DNA of 64,000 bases from Octopus sinensis (taxonomy: Eukaryota). The notes beneath the pieces were generated by a model. It did not search any database and was not told the DNA's origin. It worked only from the letters and a program-made list of their open reading frames with translations. Numbering within the stretch: the stretch's first letter is position 1; each line of letters begins with the position of its first letter. Positions 39,462-52,889 of this stretch are shown here, piece after piece. Location of the stretch: the NCBI RefSeq assembly GCF_006345805.1, contig NC_043000.1:151280001-151344000 (forward strand). The letters are read 5' to 3'. Made by a program: the position numbers and the translations under genes.

Positions 39462-39498
<37 letters not shown>

Positions 39499-39499
39499 A

Positions 39500-39555
<56 letters not shown>

Positions 39556-39693
39556 TACATCGTCACAAATCATGCTGTTTGTTGTATCTATCCTCCAGAT
39601 ATATAATATATATTAGATCGTTAGCCATGCTAGATCGTTAGATCCTAACACGCATCTTTTCTCTCCTTGTTTCTCTCCTTGTTTTTTTGTGTA

Positions 39694-39731
39694 TCTTTTT
39701 GTCGAAGAGCGTAGGCTCGAAACGTAAAAGA
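39694..39731 (+). ncRNA. Hammerhead-ribozyme-like motif, U3/U6 variant, in solo repeat 39655-39822
   Basis: UCUUU UUGUCGAA GAGC-GUAG-GCUC GAAAC GUA AAAGA. Confidence 0.65.
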
Positions 39732-39818
39732 CTTTTTCTATTCCTGAGCGCTATATACTAATACATTTGTTTTTGTTGTACTCCACCTGCCTTCGTCTTT
39801 TTTATTTCGTAACTTTCC

Positions 39819-39860
<42 letters not shown>

Positions 39861-39978
39861 TGCAGGCATAGATGCAGTTGTGCGGTAAGAAGTTTGCTTC
39901 CAAATGGTTCCAGGTTCTGTTCCTCTGCATGGCACCTTGAGCAAGTATCATCTACTACAGCCTCGAGCCGCCCAAAAC

Positions 39979-40009
<31 letters not shown>

Positions 40010-40108
40010 AATTAATAATATACAGAGAAAAAGAAAAATCAAGCAAACATTTGGACGTGGCACAAGCAATGTATTAATAAGACACTCAGAGAAGAAAAAG
40101 AGTAGAAG

Positions 40109-40141
40109 TTTTACATTTCGAGCATAGCTCTTTTTCGGAAA
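40109..40141 (-). ncRNA. Degenerate hammerhead-like motif in related repeat 40020-40150
   Basis: UUU CCGAAAAA GAGC-UAU-GCUC GAAAU GUA AAA. Confidence 0.4.
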
Positions 40142-42169
40142 CAGGAAAGTCAAAGAAGAAGGTGGCAAAAGATCTCCAACAACCACGTGCGGTTACATTT
40201 TTAAAGTGACCGGAAGAAAGAATGAAGAGAGAATGCTTTCAGGAACAGGGGATGCGCAAATGATCAGTATGCACGTGCGCGCGCGCGTGTGTGGTAGCTT
40301 GTGGTAGCGTGTGGTGCGTGTGGTAGTGTGTGCATGTATGATAGCGCGTGTGTGTATGTGTGCGTGTGGCGGTAAGTGCGTGTGCGTATGTGGTGCGTGC
40401 GTGTGTGTGTGTGTGGTAGCATGTGGTAGCGTGTAGTGTGTGTGGTAGTGTGTGGCATGTGGTAGCGGGTGGGTATGGGTGCGTGTGGCGGTAAGTGTAT
40501 GTGTGTGCGTATGTGTGTGATGTAGTGTGGTGTGTGTGTTGTTGTGTGTGTGTGTGTGTGTAGTGTGTGTAGGTAGTGTGTGTGTGTAGCATTGTGTGGT
40601 GTGTGTGTGTGTGTGTGTATGTGTGTGTGTATGTGTGTGTGTATGTGCATTTGGTTGCGCCTGTTTCAAATCTAGGTCGTCCCTGTTCGAGCATCCATAT
40701 AATCAAGTACGCCTCAGCTGTGACCATCCCATCTTATTCTTTGCAGGAACGGTATATCAAGACTCCAATTTACTCAATGCGTTTCTCATATTTTTGAAAC
40801 ACCCGGGAGTGATTTGAAGGAGAATTAGCCATTTACAATATAAGTATCAGATCAAATTTCCACTTTAAACTGTATATTCTTGTCTAAAAGCTTTAGACCA
40901 GAAATATTCTCTAGTGGACGGAATACCCTGATCACATTTGTATAGCATCAGCTGAATAATAGATATTTGTTTCCCATCGATCTCTGCCTCTTCTTTTCCC
41001 CATCTAATATTCTGTCTCTTTCTTTTTCTTCTTTGTCTCCTTTTCTTTACTGCACTTTGCTTCTTACCCTCTCATTCTTTTTTTATTTCGTTTATTTTAT
41101 TTTTATTTTCCTTTTTTTATACTCTTTCATTATATACAAATGACATTCTGTCTCTGTCTCTCCCCCTCTCTCTCCCTCTCTCTCTCTTTCACACATACAC
41201 ACACACACTTTCTAGTTTGCTTTCTCCCTATATGCATCTTACCTTTCCTCCATCGCTTTCATTTCTCTTTTTTTCTCTCATGTTCGTTCATCCAAATCTT
41301 TTCTCACTCATTTTTCTTTTTTTAATTCTTTCATTTATTTATATATTTTATAGCTGAAAACTCTTTCATTCTTTTTACTTCCCCATTTCTTTCTTTCTTT
41401 TTCTCTTTATTCTTTTACCCTTTTCTTTCCTTTTTTTTCTTTCTTCTTCTTGTTATTGCTATATAGCATATCTTTTGTATCATCTGGCAAAGAAACTTCG
41501 GAAATATTCTCAGAATAAATATTTGCTCGTAAGACATTAACCATTTTATGATCGGTGCCATATTAATGTTATTAGCCGATAGGGAGACGTGGAGAAACGA
41601 AGAAACTACACAGTGCACTATTACAATTGATGGCTTTGTTTCGGCCTGCTCATAAAAAAGCATTTCAATTCAAAACTGATGGGCATCGATTTGTGATTTA
41701 GTCTGTAGCTATCGCACCCTTTCATAAATCTTGGTTAATGAACCATTCAGCGTTTTACAACGACGAGAGTAGCAAGGCGTGTATCTTGCCGTGAAAAAAA
41801 AATACAAATAAAATTAGAAATAAAAGAAGCAAAACAATACCCAGAAAACATTAGTACCAGGTTGTGCTAGATTGTGCGATTCACTGCTAACAATCTCTTC
41901 CAGTGAAAAATAAATATTGAAAATACGATTGAAAGGAAAGGTGAATGGATTAAAGGATTGATCATATGTCAAGATAATTACGACATTCACCAATGAGGTT
42001 GCAATAAGGCGAGAAAACAAGATCGTCTCGCTGGTCGGTAACAACTATCATTAGGTCCATTCCTCGCATCTCTTTTTCTGCTCTTCTAAACAGAAAACAA
42101 AACTACAAAAAAAAAAAAAGAGATTGTAAAAGAAATGCTTTTTTAAAAAGAGTTATGACTAGTTACATA

Positions 42170-42576
42170 GGCGCAGGAGTGGCTGTGTGGTAAGTAGCTT
42201 GTTTACCAACCACATGGTCCCGGGTTCAGTCCCACTGCGTGGCACCTTCGGCAAGTGTCTTCTACTATAGCCTCGGACCAACCAAAGCCTTGTGAGTGGA
42301 TTTGGTAGACGGAAACTGAAAGAAGCCCGTCGTATATATATATATATATATGCGTGTGTGTGTTTGTGTGTCTGTGTTTGTCCCGCTAGCATTGCTTGAC
42401 AACCGATGCTGGTGTGTTTATGTCTCCGTTACTTAGCGGTTCGGCAAAATAGACCGGTAGAATAAGTACTGGGCTTACAAGAGAATAAGTCCCGGGGTCG
42501 AGTTGCTTGATTAAAGGCGGTGCTCCAGCATGGCCGCAGTCAGGTGACTGAAACAAGTAAAAGAGTAAAAGAGAGT
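42170..42576 (+). mobile_element. SINE family A, full length
   Basis: Head-to-tail match. Confidence 0.93.
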
Positions 42577-43080
42577 GACACTATTCTTTTCATTTTATTG
42601 TTATTTGTTGGCAACGCAGCCAGTTGGACTTCGACTCGGGTAGTCTTTTGCGGCTTTGTGGTAGGTATGAGCGACTGCGTTTTCAGAGAATTTCTGAAGA
42701 TTCTTAGCTTTGAAGAGAAGAAACAAAGCTGTTTCTTCGAGAGGACTTTCATCCAGGGAATTATGAACATGTTCCAGATATCCCTAGCTTAGCAGTGCTA
42801 CCAATGAGACAGGATACAAGTGGTCCAGGTTAAACTCTACGAGCACAGAAGTACCGTCTGTCGGACCTGTCCGAAATGCAGGCATGTTGCATGTATTCGA
42901 ATTATGCAACATCCGATCGTTGCAAACCTAGAGAGCTGTGTTGAATACCTGTGGCTGTGTGCTGGACAGGCCCAGCTTTCTGTCGAATTCATCATGAACA
43001 CAGCTCTTTCTCTTTCTTTGGTCGGAAAGGATCGGTAGTTTTCCTCAATATTGTGTGATTACAACACCATATGTAGTGTG

Positions 43081-43380
43081 TGGAGGCACATAGCCTAGTG
43101 GTTAGAGCAGCGGACGCGCGGTCGAGGGATCGCAGGTTCGAATCTCAGACCGGGCGATGTGTGCGTTTATGAGCGAAAACACCTAAGCTCCACGCGGCTC
43201 CGACAGAAGGTAATGGCGAACTTCTGCCGACTCTTTCGCCACAACTTTCTCTCACTCTTTCCTCCTGCATCTTGCAGCTCACCTGCGACGGACCGGCGTC
43301 CCGTCCAGGTGAGGAACCTATACGCCAAGAAAACCGGGAAACCGGCCCTCATGAGCCAGGCATGGCTCGAGAAGGAACAA
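43081..43380 (+). mobile_element. tRNA-derived SINE family C
   Basis: 13-bp TSD catatgtagtgtg at 43068-43080 and 43381-43393. Confidence 0.92.
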
Positions 43381-43901
43381 CATATGTAGTGTGCAAGGCG
43401 AGATTGGAACAACTGAGGGGACAGAAACTTTCATCTTCTGTCAATATCCCAAAAGTTTCTTGAAATTCCGCTTGGAAAGGAAAGTGAAAGTAGGAAGAGA
43501 CGTGTTGTGTTTCAGTATTTTTGCTGAAAGATGGGTGAAAGTGGCTACTATGCCTCCCCCCAACCCCAGGTGTATGTACCTATACTCAATATGAGCAAGC
43601 AGACCGGAGAATACAGCTAGAAGAGGGCATTTGTTCTTGATTGTATGGCTACTCTGATTGGTTCTGGGTGGTTATCCTCTTATTAGAACCCGGTTTTTAT
43701 TTCATTTTTTCCCATTTGTGTTTATATTGCTTTTCTTTTTTTTGTTTCATGTCGGTTTCCTCAAACTCGATTCTATAACTATACCCCACACCCCACCCAA
43801 CCCCACCCAACCCCAACCCGTCTTTCTAATTTATCCTCGTAATGCTCTTTTGACAAATAACAAAAGAAATAATTTATTTTGTAGTAAGTGTACAACTGCT
43901 G

Positions 43902-43935
<34 letters not shown>

Positions 43936-44874
43936 CACTACTACTACCACCACCACCACCACTACCACTACCACCACCACCACCACCAACACCACCACTA
44001 CAACCACCACCACTACCTCACCGCCGCCAACATCATCATCATCATCCTCATCAGGAAAATCATGGTCATTATTTTCATGAACCCCATAAAAGCTGCATAT
44101 CATTCTGTCTTTCTATATACGCACATGTATTTATACATACATACATACATACATACTCATGTACGTAACTATGTATTTATGCATGTTTATATGTGTATTT
44201 GTAATTATTTACAAATTATTAGCTTATAAATATAACATTATCGATTGCTAGTGTAAAGCAAACACACTCTGGCGACTTGGAGCACGAAAGGCAACTTAAT
44301 AGCTGATCGTGTAGATGGGAGCTAAAACTAAAACCCTAAACATCTTGTAAAAAGGCTTCAACAATGAAACGTGCCTTTAAATGGAGGCGTAAAGTTGACA
44401 AATATTTTGACTTGGGGAAACATCCCTCCACTAGAGCGAGATTTACGTGGGTATAGAAATAGGGAATGAATATGACGTGAGCATATAGAATCAGGAAAGG
44501 TTTGTTTGTATTTCAGTTGATATTTGTAAGAGGTACTTCATTGCAACAGGTTCATTCGGTGATGAATTACAATTACCGAAGAAAACAGACCGGCAAAGTC
44601 ATTAGGTGCGGATTGAATGGAGTTTAGATGTTTCGCGAGGTTAATTAAATTGATAATAAATGACTCTTTGTAAACACATGGATCAAGTTAATGAGGCTAA
44701 TAAGCATATTGAAAGGTGTGTATGTGTTTTGTTTTGAATTGTTATTTTAGTGCGAGCACAAAACTACCTAGTTATCTTCTTCTAATATATATTTCTGCCT
44801 CCTGTACATGCGTACATACATGCATACATAAACACACACATACATACATATATACACATATACATACACATGTT

Positions 44875-44912
<38 letters not shown>

Positions 44913-45029
44913 AAGAGCAATAAAGATTCAAGTTAATTTAAAAAATTTACTTGAATATGGTACCCTAACTTAGATGCCCCAAAAAAAAAAATACTGATTT
45001 AACAATACAGTAATGTGGGGTGATTATAA

Positions 45030-45829
45030 GCGAGAAAGAAGCAACAAGAATGGATAGGTTTTTAGTACGATCGTCATACAAGGACAGGTTTTATTAAAAG
45101 TTGCAAAGATTACAGCATATAAACGAGTCCGGTTACTCATCAGATGTAAAATACATGTAAGTTCTCTCTAGACATCCTAGTGTTTGAGGCTATACTCATG
45201 AAGTAATGTAGATAATTAAACAGATTTCTAAAGTTCATTAAAGTTCTTTAAAGATGATGCATAGTCTTATCACAGAATTTAAAAAAGTTTTGGTAGCATC
45301 ACAGAGAAGGTGACCTAATCCATATGAATTTCCATAGATATGATGAGGGATATATACTCACAGAAGACAAATTTATCCAGTTTTATTAGCATTACAGAGA
45401 GGGTGAATTAATCCTTTGTATATATGCAAAGGATTATATACAAAGGATTAATTCACCCTCTCTGTAATGCTAATAACAATGGATAAATTTGTCTTCTGTG
45501 AGTATATAATCCCTCATCATATCTATGGAAATTCACTGGATTAGGTCACCTTCTCTGTGATGCTACCAAAACTTTTTTAAAATTCTGTGATAAGACTATG
45601 CAATCATCTTTAAGAACTTTAATGAACTTTAGGAAATCTGTTTAATATCTACATTACTTCATGAGTATAGCCTCAAACACTTAGGATGTCTAGAGAACTT
45701 ACATGTATTTTAGCTTGATGAGTACGGGACTCGTTTATATGCTGTAATCTTTGCAACTTTTAATAAACTGGTCCTTGTATGAAACGATGCGTACTAAAAA
45801 CCTATCCATTCTTGTTGCTTCTTTCTCGC
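45030..45829. repeat. 800-bp near-perfect palindrome
   Basis: Arms 45030-45424 and 45435-45829; 10-nt spacer tgcaaaggat. Confidence 0.92.
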
Positions 45830-45849
45830 GTATATATATATATACTATA

Positions 45850-46112
45850 TATATCATGTGATCACGTGGACCGACCAGTCCATCAGATGTAGTTACACAT
45901 CGCTGGTCACAATGCGTTCGCATTGTTTAGCCTTCGAATGACGCCACCCCGCTGGCTAAGTGAGCAGGCAACAGAAAGAAGAAAGAGTGGGAGAAAGAGT
46001 GGTGAAAGAGTACAGCAGGGATCACCACCATCCCCTGCCGAGCCTCGTGGAGCTTTTAGGTGTTTTCGCTCAATAAACACTCACAACACCCGGTCCTGGG
46101 AATCGAACCGCG
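45850..46112 (-). mobile_element. SINE with family C/D core and a third 3' tail
   Basis: Shares gtgtttattgagcgaaaacacctaaaagctccacgaggctc..ctctttcaccac core; tail ..gtaactacatctgatggactggtcggtccacgtgatcacatgat. Confidence 0.7.
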
Positions 46113-46161
<49 letters not shown>

Positions 46162-46364
46162 ACCTTCGAAACGTAGAGTAGATGAAACCATGGCGACTGA
46201 AGAAGGGGTTTTTTTCCTGTGTTATTTGTCCTGTACTCTATATGCGTGTATATATACATGTAGAGGTAGGTACGTACATATATGTAATATATATATGCAT
46301 ATGTTTTATTTATTAATATATTTATAATATATAGATATATATATATATATATATAATATATATT

Positions 46365-46635
46365 CATCGTTTAACGTCCGCTTTCCATGCTAGCATGGGT
46401 TGGACGATTTGACTGAGGTCTGGAGAACCAGATGGCTGCACCAGACTCCAATCTGATCTGGCAGAGATTCTACAGCTGGATGCCCTTTCTAACGCCAAAC
46501 ACTCCGAGAGTGTAGTGGGTGCTTTTGCGTGCCACCGGCGCGAGGGCCAGTTAGGTGGTACTGTCAGCGGCCACGCTCAAATGGTGCTTTTTATGTGGCA
46601 CCTGCACAAGAGCCAGTCCAGCTCCTGTGCAGGTA
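46365..46635 (-). mobile_element. Probable LINE 3' end (RTE-like)
   Basis: catcgtttaacgtccgctttccatgctagcatgggttggacg..ggatgccctttctaacgcc; family assignment from memory of RTE-type 3' ends. Confidence 0.5.
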
Positions 46636-46642
46636 GCACATA

Positions 46643-46685
<43 letters not shown>

Positions 46686-46706
46686 ATATATATATGTGTG
46701 AGTATG

Positions 46707-46748
<42 letters not shown>

Positions 46749-47294
46749 GACCGTCTTTCGCATCCCCGGAAATGGTTCTCCGAATATCTGAAAGATTATA
46801 TCGTATTTGAATAGTAGTCTTTTTTTATTTGTTAACCTTTCTTTAGTTAACTTTTACTCTAAATCCAGTACTGAGCACTTTTATTACTATCTTTGTCCAT
46901 AAGAGCACATAGCAGTGCGGATGTTGTGGAGAAGGAGAAAATGAAAATATAGAGAACATGTTTTATGGGTGAAATCCTAATCTGCTGTGTCGCAAACTTA
47001 GGAAGCGGAAGAAATTTAGGAAAAAATGTGGAGGAAAAATGTTACCTCGGACATGCTAGAAAGAAGAGGTAAAGGACAGGATTTCTGGGAAGTGAGAGGA
47101 GAAAGTGTAAGATGTACGTGTATATCAAATGCACGTGTGTGTGAGAAAGAGAGAGTGAGTGAGTGAGTGACTGAGTGAGGGAGGGAGGGAGGGAGGGAGA
47201 GATGGACTGAAGGTGTGTATTGTGATGTATGAAATTTTTTGCATGTATGTTCAAGTGGCACTCACTCGCTCACTCTTTTCTCTCTTTCTCCCTC

Positions 47295-47332
<38 letters not shown>

Positions 47333-48519
47333 TATCTTTCATATACATGTGCATAAAATAGGCGGAGGTAAACACCAGGAGTGCAGATTCTTGACCTTCG
47401 TCCATAAAAACATATGGATACATCTTTTTTGTGCGTGGGGGAGAGAAAGAAGCTGTATTGCCTCATAACATATAGAAAAATTGATGTCTTTTAATGCAAT
47501 TTTTTTGTTTGTGGGTTATTTTAATAAAATATTTATGCGTACATTTTCATAGATGTTTGTCAGTCATCGGCCTAACATACGTAACGAACGCGCGAATACA
47601 TATAGAAAATGTGACGTCATCGTCGTTATGGTGGTAGTGGTGGTAAAAGATGTCGTTCACAATAGGTGACTGAAAGAAAAATGATAATCTTAAATCTTTG
47701 TAATGCAAATAAGTGAATGAAAATATAGTTTAGCTGGTAGTCAAAAGCTTACTGAATCTTTTGATACAGCATACGTCAAAAACAGCAACTCGGTTTTGGA
47801 ATGCATAAGGAACATGTGCACACTAACTCACACACACACACACACACACAAACATATACAAACTCTCTTTTATATATATATATATTATATATATATATAT
47901 TGTGTAGGCGATCTTTGTACAAAATGTAAATGAGTCAATGAATATAAAGTATTAGATATTATTCATATCACAAGGGCTTCGTTTTTGCTACTGGCAATTT
48001 ATATGTTTTAATTTCATGTATCTCTATTAGTTGTACTGAATGTGTAACAGATTGTATACAACAGACGTGTTTCTCATTTCTTTGAAGTACTAAATTCCGA
48101 TCCTAACATTACTGACTCTGTCACTCCACCGTTATGTGTCTGTGAATATTATTAAGACAATATCAAATAGAACAAGAAGGCGACAAGCAGGGAGAATCGC
48201 TAGCATGCCGGACAAAATGCTTACCGGCATTTCGTCCGTCTTCGCGCTCTGAGTTCATATTCCGCCGAGGTCGACTTTTATCTTTTCGACATAGATAAAA
48301 TAAATACCAGTTGAACACTGGGGTTGATGTAATCGACTAAGCACCTCCCACGAAATTGCTGGCCTTGTGCCAAAATTTGAAGTCAACATCAGATAGAACA
48401 AGGACATCAAGAAGCCAAAGATACTATAAGCCAGAGATACCAGAGATACAAGGATTCCAGAGATACAAGGATACCAGAGAAGTATTCCGGATGTGCCGAA
48501 TCTGTTACTTGAAGCCAAA

Positions 48520-48770
48520 TCATCTCATGTCCACCACAATGTCCAAACCTTGTAGCAATATGGCGGTTTGTGTACCTCAATGACCCTAAAAGCTTTGCGA
48601 GCGGGTTGCAAGCTGTTGTTGAGGTCTCTCATGCTGGAGAGGCCAAAGGATAAAGGCTATACTAATATGGACCACTTCTTCCACGATGAGGTAAAAATGG
48701 TTTTGCTTAGTGCCAACAATCTACTTAGAAAAAAGCAGGCTTAGAATGATCGATAACAATTCTAAACTGA
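48520..48770 (+). mobile_element. Degenerate RTE-type LINE 5' UTR fragment
   Basis: ccttgtagc..caatgaccctaaaagct..catgctggagaggccaaagga..ccacttcttcca..gcttagtgccaacaa resembles RTE-clade 5' UTRs (recognition from memory). Confidence 0.45.
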
Positions 48771-49234
48771 CAAGACCTGAGACAGAATGGCCGCTACCTC
48801 TTTTTTCTGTCTAGAGTCGAGAACAGTGGAGAAAAGCCGTCGATATCCTATGCTCCACAAGAGAAGAAGCACATAAGTAAATAATATATCACGTCATGTA
48901 AATGACTCTCCCTTAAGGCTGACATAAACACACAAGTTCTGCAAATTAACTTTCTTTCTGCCTAAATAAGACGTAAATATCTTGCTACAAAATTCTTGTA
49001 TTGCTTTCAGTCGTTGAATTAAGGCCATGTTGAAGCACTTCTATCGATTTTCATATCGACCTCGGATTTAAATCATTCCAGCCTTTATTTTATCGTTCGC
49101 TATTTATGGAAATTTTGTTTCTTGGGCGTAGGGGACTGAGTAGATACACCAATTTACACTGACAAATTAAAGAGATCCTTAACTGTTTTTAACCCGGGGT
49201 CTTTAGATTACTTAAACTGAAATTTTTAATCTTT

Positions 49235-49630
49235 TCTTTTTTACTTCTCTCAGTCATTGGACTGTGGCCATGCTGGGGCACCACCTTGACAGGTTTCAGT
49301 CAGAGAAACCAACATCGATCCTTCCTTTTAAATCTAATATTTATTCTATCGATTTATTTTGCCAACCTTTAAAGCTACAGGGATGTAAACAACCCAACAT
49401 CGCTTGTCAAACAGTGGTGGGGAGGACAAGCATAGATATAAAGATACATATACGTACATAATTACATACATGCACAAGCACATACACACACATGCATATA
49501 TACATGAGAGGCTTCCGCACAGTTTCCGTCGACCAAATTCACTTACAAGGCATTAGTCGGCCCGGAGCTACAGTAGAAGAAACTTGCCCAAGATGTCACG
49601 TGGTGGGATTGAACCCGAAACAGCGTGGTA
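49235..49630 (-). mobile_element. Degenerate SINE family A
   Basis: cagtcattggactgtggccatgctgg..gggattgaacccg. Confidence 0.8.
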
Positions 49631-50087
49631 AGAACAATGGTTGAAATGAAAGTATATAATTGATTGTAACGGACTTCATTATGTTACTGGTAAACTTATT
49701 TCGTTGATTCGGGAGGTTTAAGACATGAAGTCAGCGGGATTTAATGTTACTAACTAGTGTAATATATATTTGGGGCAGCACGGCTTTCAGCCATTTTAGT
49801 CGCTTTAACGTTTCAAGCATTATCACGATAAGCGAGCCAGTGAAGGCGCCTTAACCTGGTCGTTCGATCTGCAAGAAATAACAGCCACATCTTTCTCAAA
49901 TTATACTTTGCTTACTGTCTTAGAAAAGAATGACTCATTGAAAAAAAAAGACAGACTGAGCATGAATAGGGTGTCTTTAATCAAAAGTCTATACCCAGAA
50001 GACGTCTGGGGTTAAAGACCAACAGCATTTTGCAAAATACGTTTTTAAGACATCGAGGTATTTTAAATTATCCTAATGGCTATAATA

Positions 50088-50316
50088 GGCGGCGAGGTGG
50101 CAGAAACGTTAGCACGCCGGGCGAAATGCGTAGCCGTATTTGGTCTGTCGTTACGTTCCGAGTTCAAATTCCGCCGAGGTCGACTTTGCCTTTCATCCTT
50201 TCGGGGTCGATAAATTAAGTACCAGTTGCGCACTGGGGTCGATGTAATCGACTTAATCCCTTTGTCTGTCCTTGTTTGTCCCCTCTGTGTTTAGCCCCTT
50301 GTGGGTAGTAAAGAAA
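50088..50316 (+). mobile_element. SINE family B, single-unit form
   Basis: Head plus one body unit ending gtgggtagtaaagaaat. Confidence 0.92.
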
Positions 50317-51016
50317 TATATAATATAGTATGATACACGTTGGAACTTCTCAGAAGAACAAAATTATTACTACTGTAGAATATGAAGAAAGATGGTCTCC
50401 CAGCGTGGCCGCAGTCCAATGACTGAAACAAGTAAAAGGTACGAGATGGAGATAACAACTCTCACCCCTGAAACTTGGAAAGCCGAAAGCACACGTAGGG
50501 TAACATAAGATCTTTATTCTAATAGAATAACATTTTATGATAAACAATTTGTATTAATTTCTTATCTCGCGCATACTTCGTAAAAAGAAATTAAACCGTG
50601 TTCACAAACAGATAAAATGAAATACCGAAAGACGTCCATCTAGTTCTGTAACATAAAACTATATTATTCTCTCTCTCTCTGTCTCACTTCTCATACACAA
50701 AACAGAAACTAATTACAGCGCACTAAAGGAGACAGTTTGGAAGATGTGCCCGGTAAAGGTTACGAAGCAATAACTACGTCAATGGAGTTAGCTATTCTTT
50801 CAGACAATGGTCCCCAAATAACTAACAAGATTTACTTGGTATGATGTGGCCACTGTTGATAGTATGTCAAATTAAAAGTTCTCCTCGCGAAATATTTCTT
50901 TCTTGGGAATAAGATAAAGATTTTAGAATAGAAACAAACGATTTTCTCTTTCATTTATTCATAAAATTCAGACGGTCTATGTATGTATGTATGTATGTAT
51001 GCAGCCACATATATAC

Positions 51017-51050
<34 letters not shown>

Positions 51051-51453
51051 GCACGCACACACATATCTAAATGTGTATATTTAAATATATAGAGACATAT
51101 ATACATACATGAATACAGACAAAATACACATACTACGAACACACGTTTAATTCCACAATTGTCTTTTTCTACGCTAACAAACAGATATTTCGGTATTGTA
51201 GTGTTACGGCGAAGCTACATTTTCGCTAATGAAGTTCAATGAAGCAAAAACATGTCCAATGTTATCTCCCGTGCTTATCAGGTATAAAAAAATAGTAAAA
51301 AAAACGAAGAAAATATCTCTCGTAGACTAATATTATTTTTCTTTCCACCGCATATCTGATCCTCCTTTAGCTTTTTAATGTTCCATACAGAGGCGTATTC
51401 ACCCATTTAATGTGTGTGTGTATGTGTGTATGTGTGAGTGTGTGTTTGTGTGT

Positions 51454-51497
<44 letters not shown>

Positions 51498-52264
51498 GTG
51501 TATATATATATATATATGTAAATATGCGTGTATATATACACACTCATACACACAGATAGGCAGATAGGTAGATATACATACCACTATATATGTGTGTTGT
51601 ATCACTCTTTAAGCACTATTTGCAAAGTAAAATAACTGCATAAAATAACTCTATAACATACACAAATGTCTCTTACTCATTCTCTCTCTCCCTCTCTCCC
51701 TCCCTCCCCCCTCTCTCTCTCTCACATTTACTTCATTTATCTCCAGGACTACACGCATACACACAAAATGGTGATGTACATCTATAATCAATGACTGTAA
51801 GAACAAGTCCTACAGTCTGCAGAGTTCTATTGACTGATTGATTCCTGAACTGGAATTGATTTAAAACGATTTAGGCTGACTTAATGCGCAGTTTTCGTTG
51901 TTGTTGTCTTTTTTTCTCTTTCCCAGAAACAGTTCCTAAATTTGGCCTCGTAGTTAGAGTGTTGCACTCACTACTACAAGATTGTGGTTTCGATTCCTGG
52001 ACCGGATGGTGCGTAGTGTTGTGTTCTTCAACAAAACACTTTATTTCACATCACTCTACAATTACTTCGGCATTTGTCATGTGGCACAGCGTACACCTGT
52101 ACAGGCAATGTCGATTGAATGGAAAGAGTGTGTTCATGTACAGTACAAGCATTTGATCGCTATAAAAAAGTCATCTGTGCAAGTTGGTCGATGGCAAGAA
52201 GTTGCGGAATAGTTTTATCAAACACAAAAGACAATCATTAATCAAACTATTAATTTCCATTGCA

Positions 52265-52792
52265 GGTATCTCTGCGTGATTAAGAAGTTCGCTTTTGCAA
52301 ACATATAGCTTCAGGTTCAGTCTCACTGCGAGGTTCCATGAGCTAGTGTTTTCTACTATAATAGCACAGGGCCGAACAATGCCTTGTAAATGAATTTGGT
52401 AGGTGGAAAACGTAAGGATGCCCGTCGTATATATATGTAATATATGTATATTATATATATATATATATATTATATATATATATATATTATATATATATAT
52501 AATACATCTGTGTGTCTGTGTATATGTTTATGTACTTTTGTGCTTGTAGTGTGTTTGTCCGCCGTTACATAGCGGTCTGGTAAAATACTATTGAGTAAAT
52601 ACCAAACAAAGTAGTACTGGGACGATTTGTTTGGCTAAACCCTTCATGGCAGTACCCCCAGCATTGCCGCAGTCCAATGACTGCATCGAGTAAAAGATAA
52701 AAGATAGCTCTAACGTTTACATATTTAATGTTATGGTGTGTAGTATATAGACAGACAGATATACATATATCTATCTATCTATCTAGCTATCT

Positions 52793-52841
<49 letters not shown>

Positions 52842-52842
52842 A

Positions 52843-52889
<47 letters not shown>

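Noticed and set aside
41625-41670. Minus-strand gctttttTATGAgcaggccGAAACaaagc
   Set aside because: Core lacks CUG and there is no UH cleavage site; likely chance or too decayed
42590-43040. Unique-looking segment with 70-90-aa ORFs on both strands
   Set aside because: No motif recognised in any frame; stops interrupt the longer frames
45121-45145. CUGAUGA core on the minus strand of the palindrome arm
   Set aside because: No GAAA follows the hairpin and the two arms disagree at this site, so it is not called a hammerhead
48421-48480. ccagagata/caaggat short tandem repeat
   Set aside because: Ordinary slippage-type repeat with no further structure
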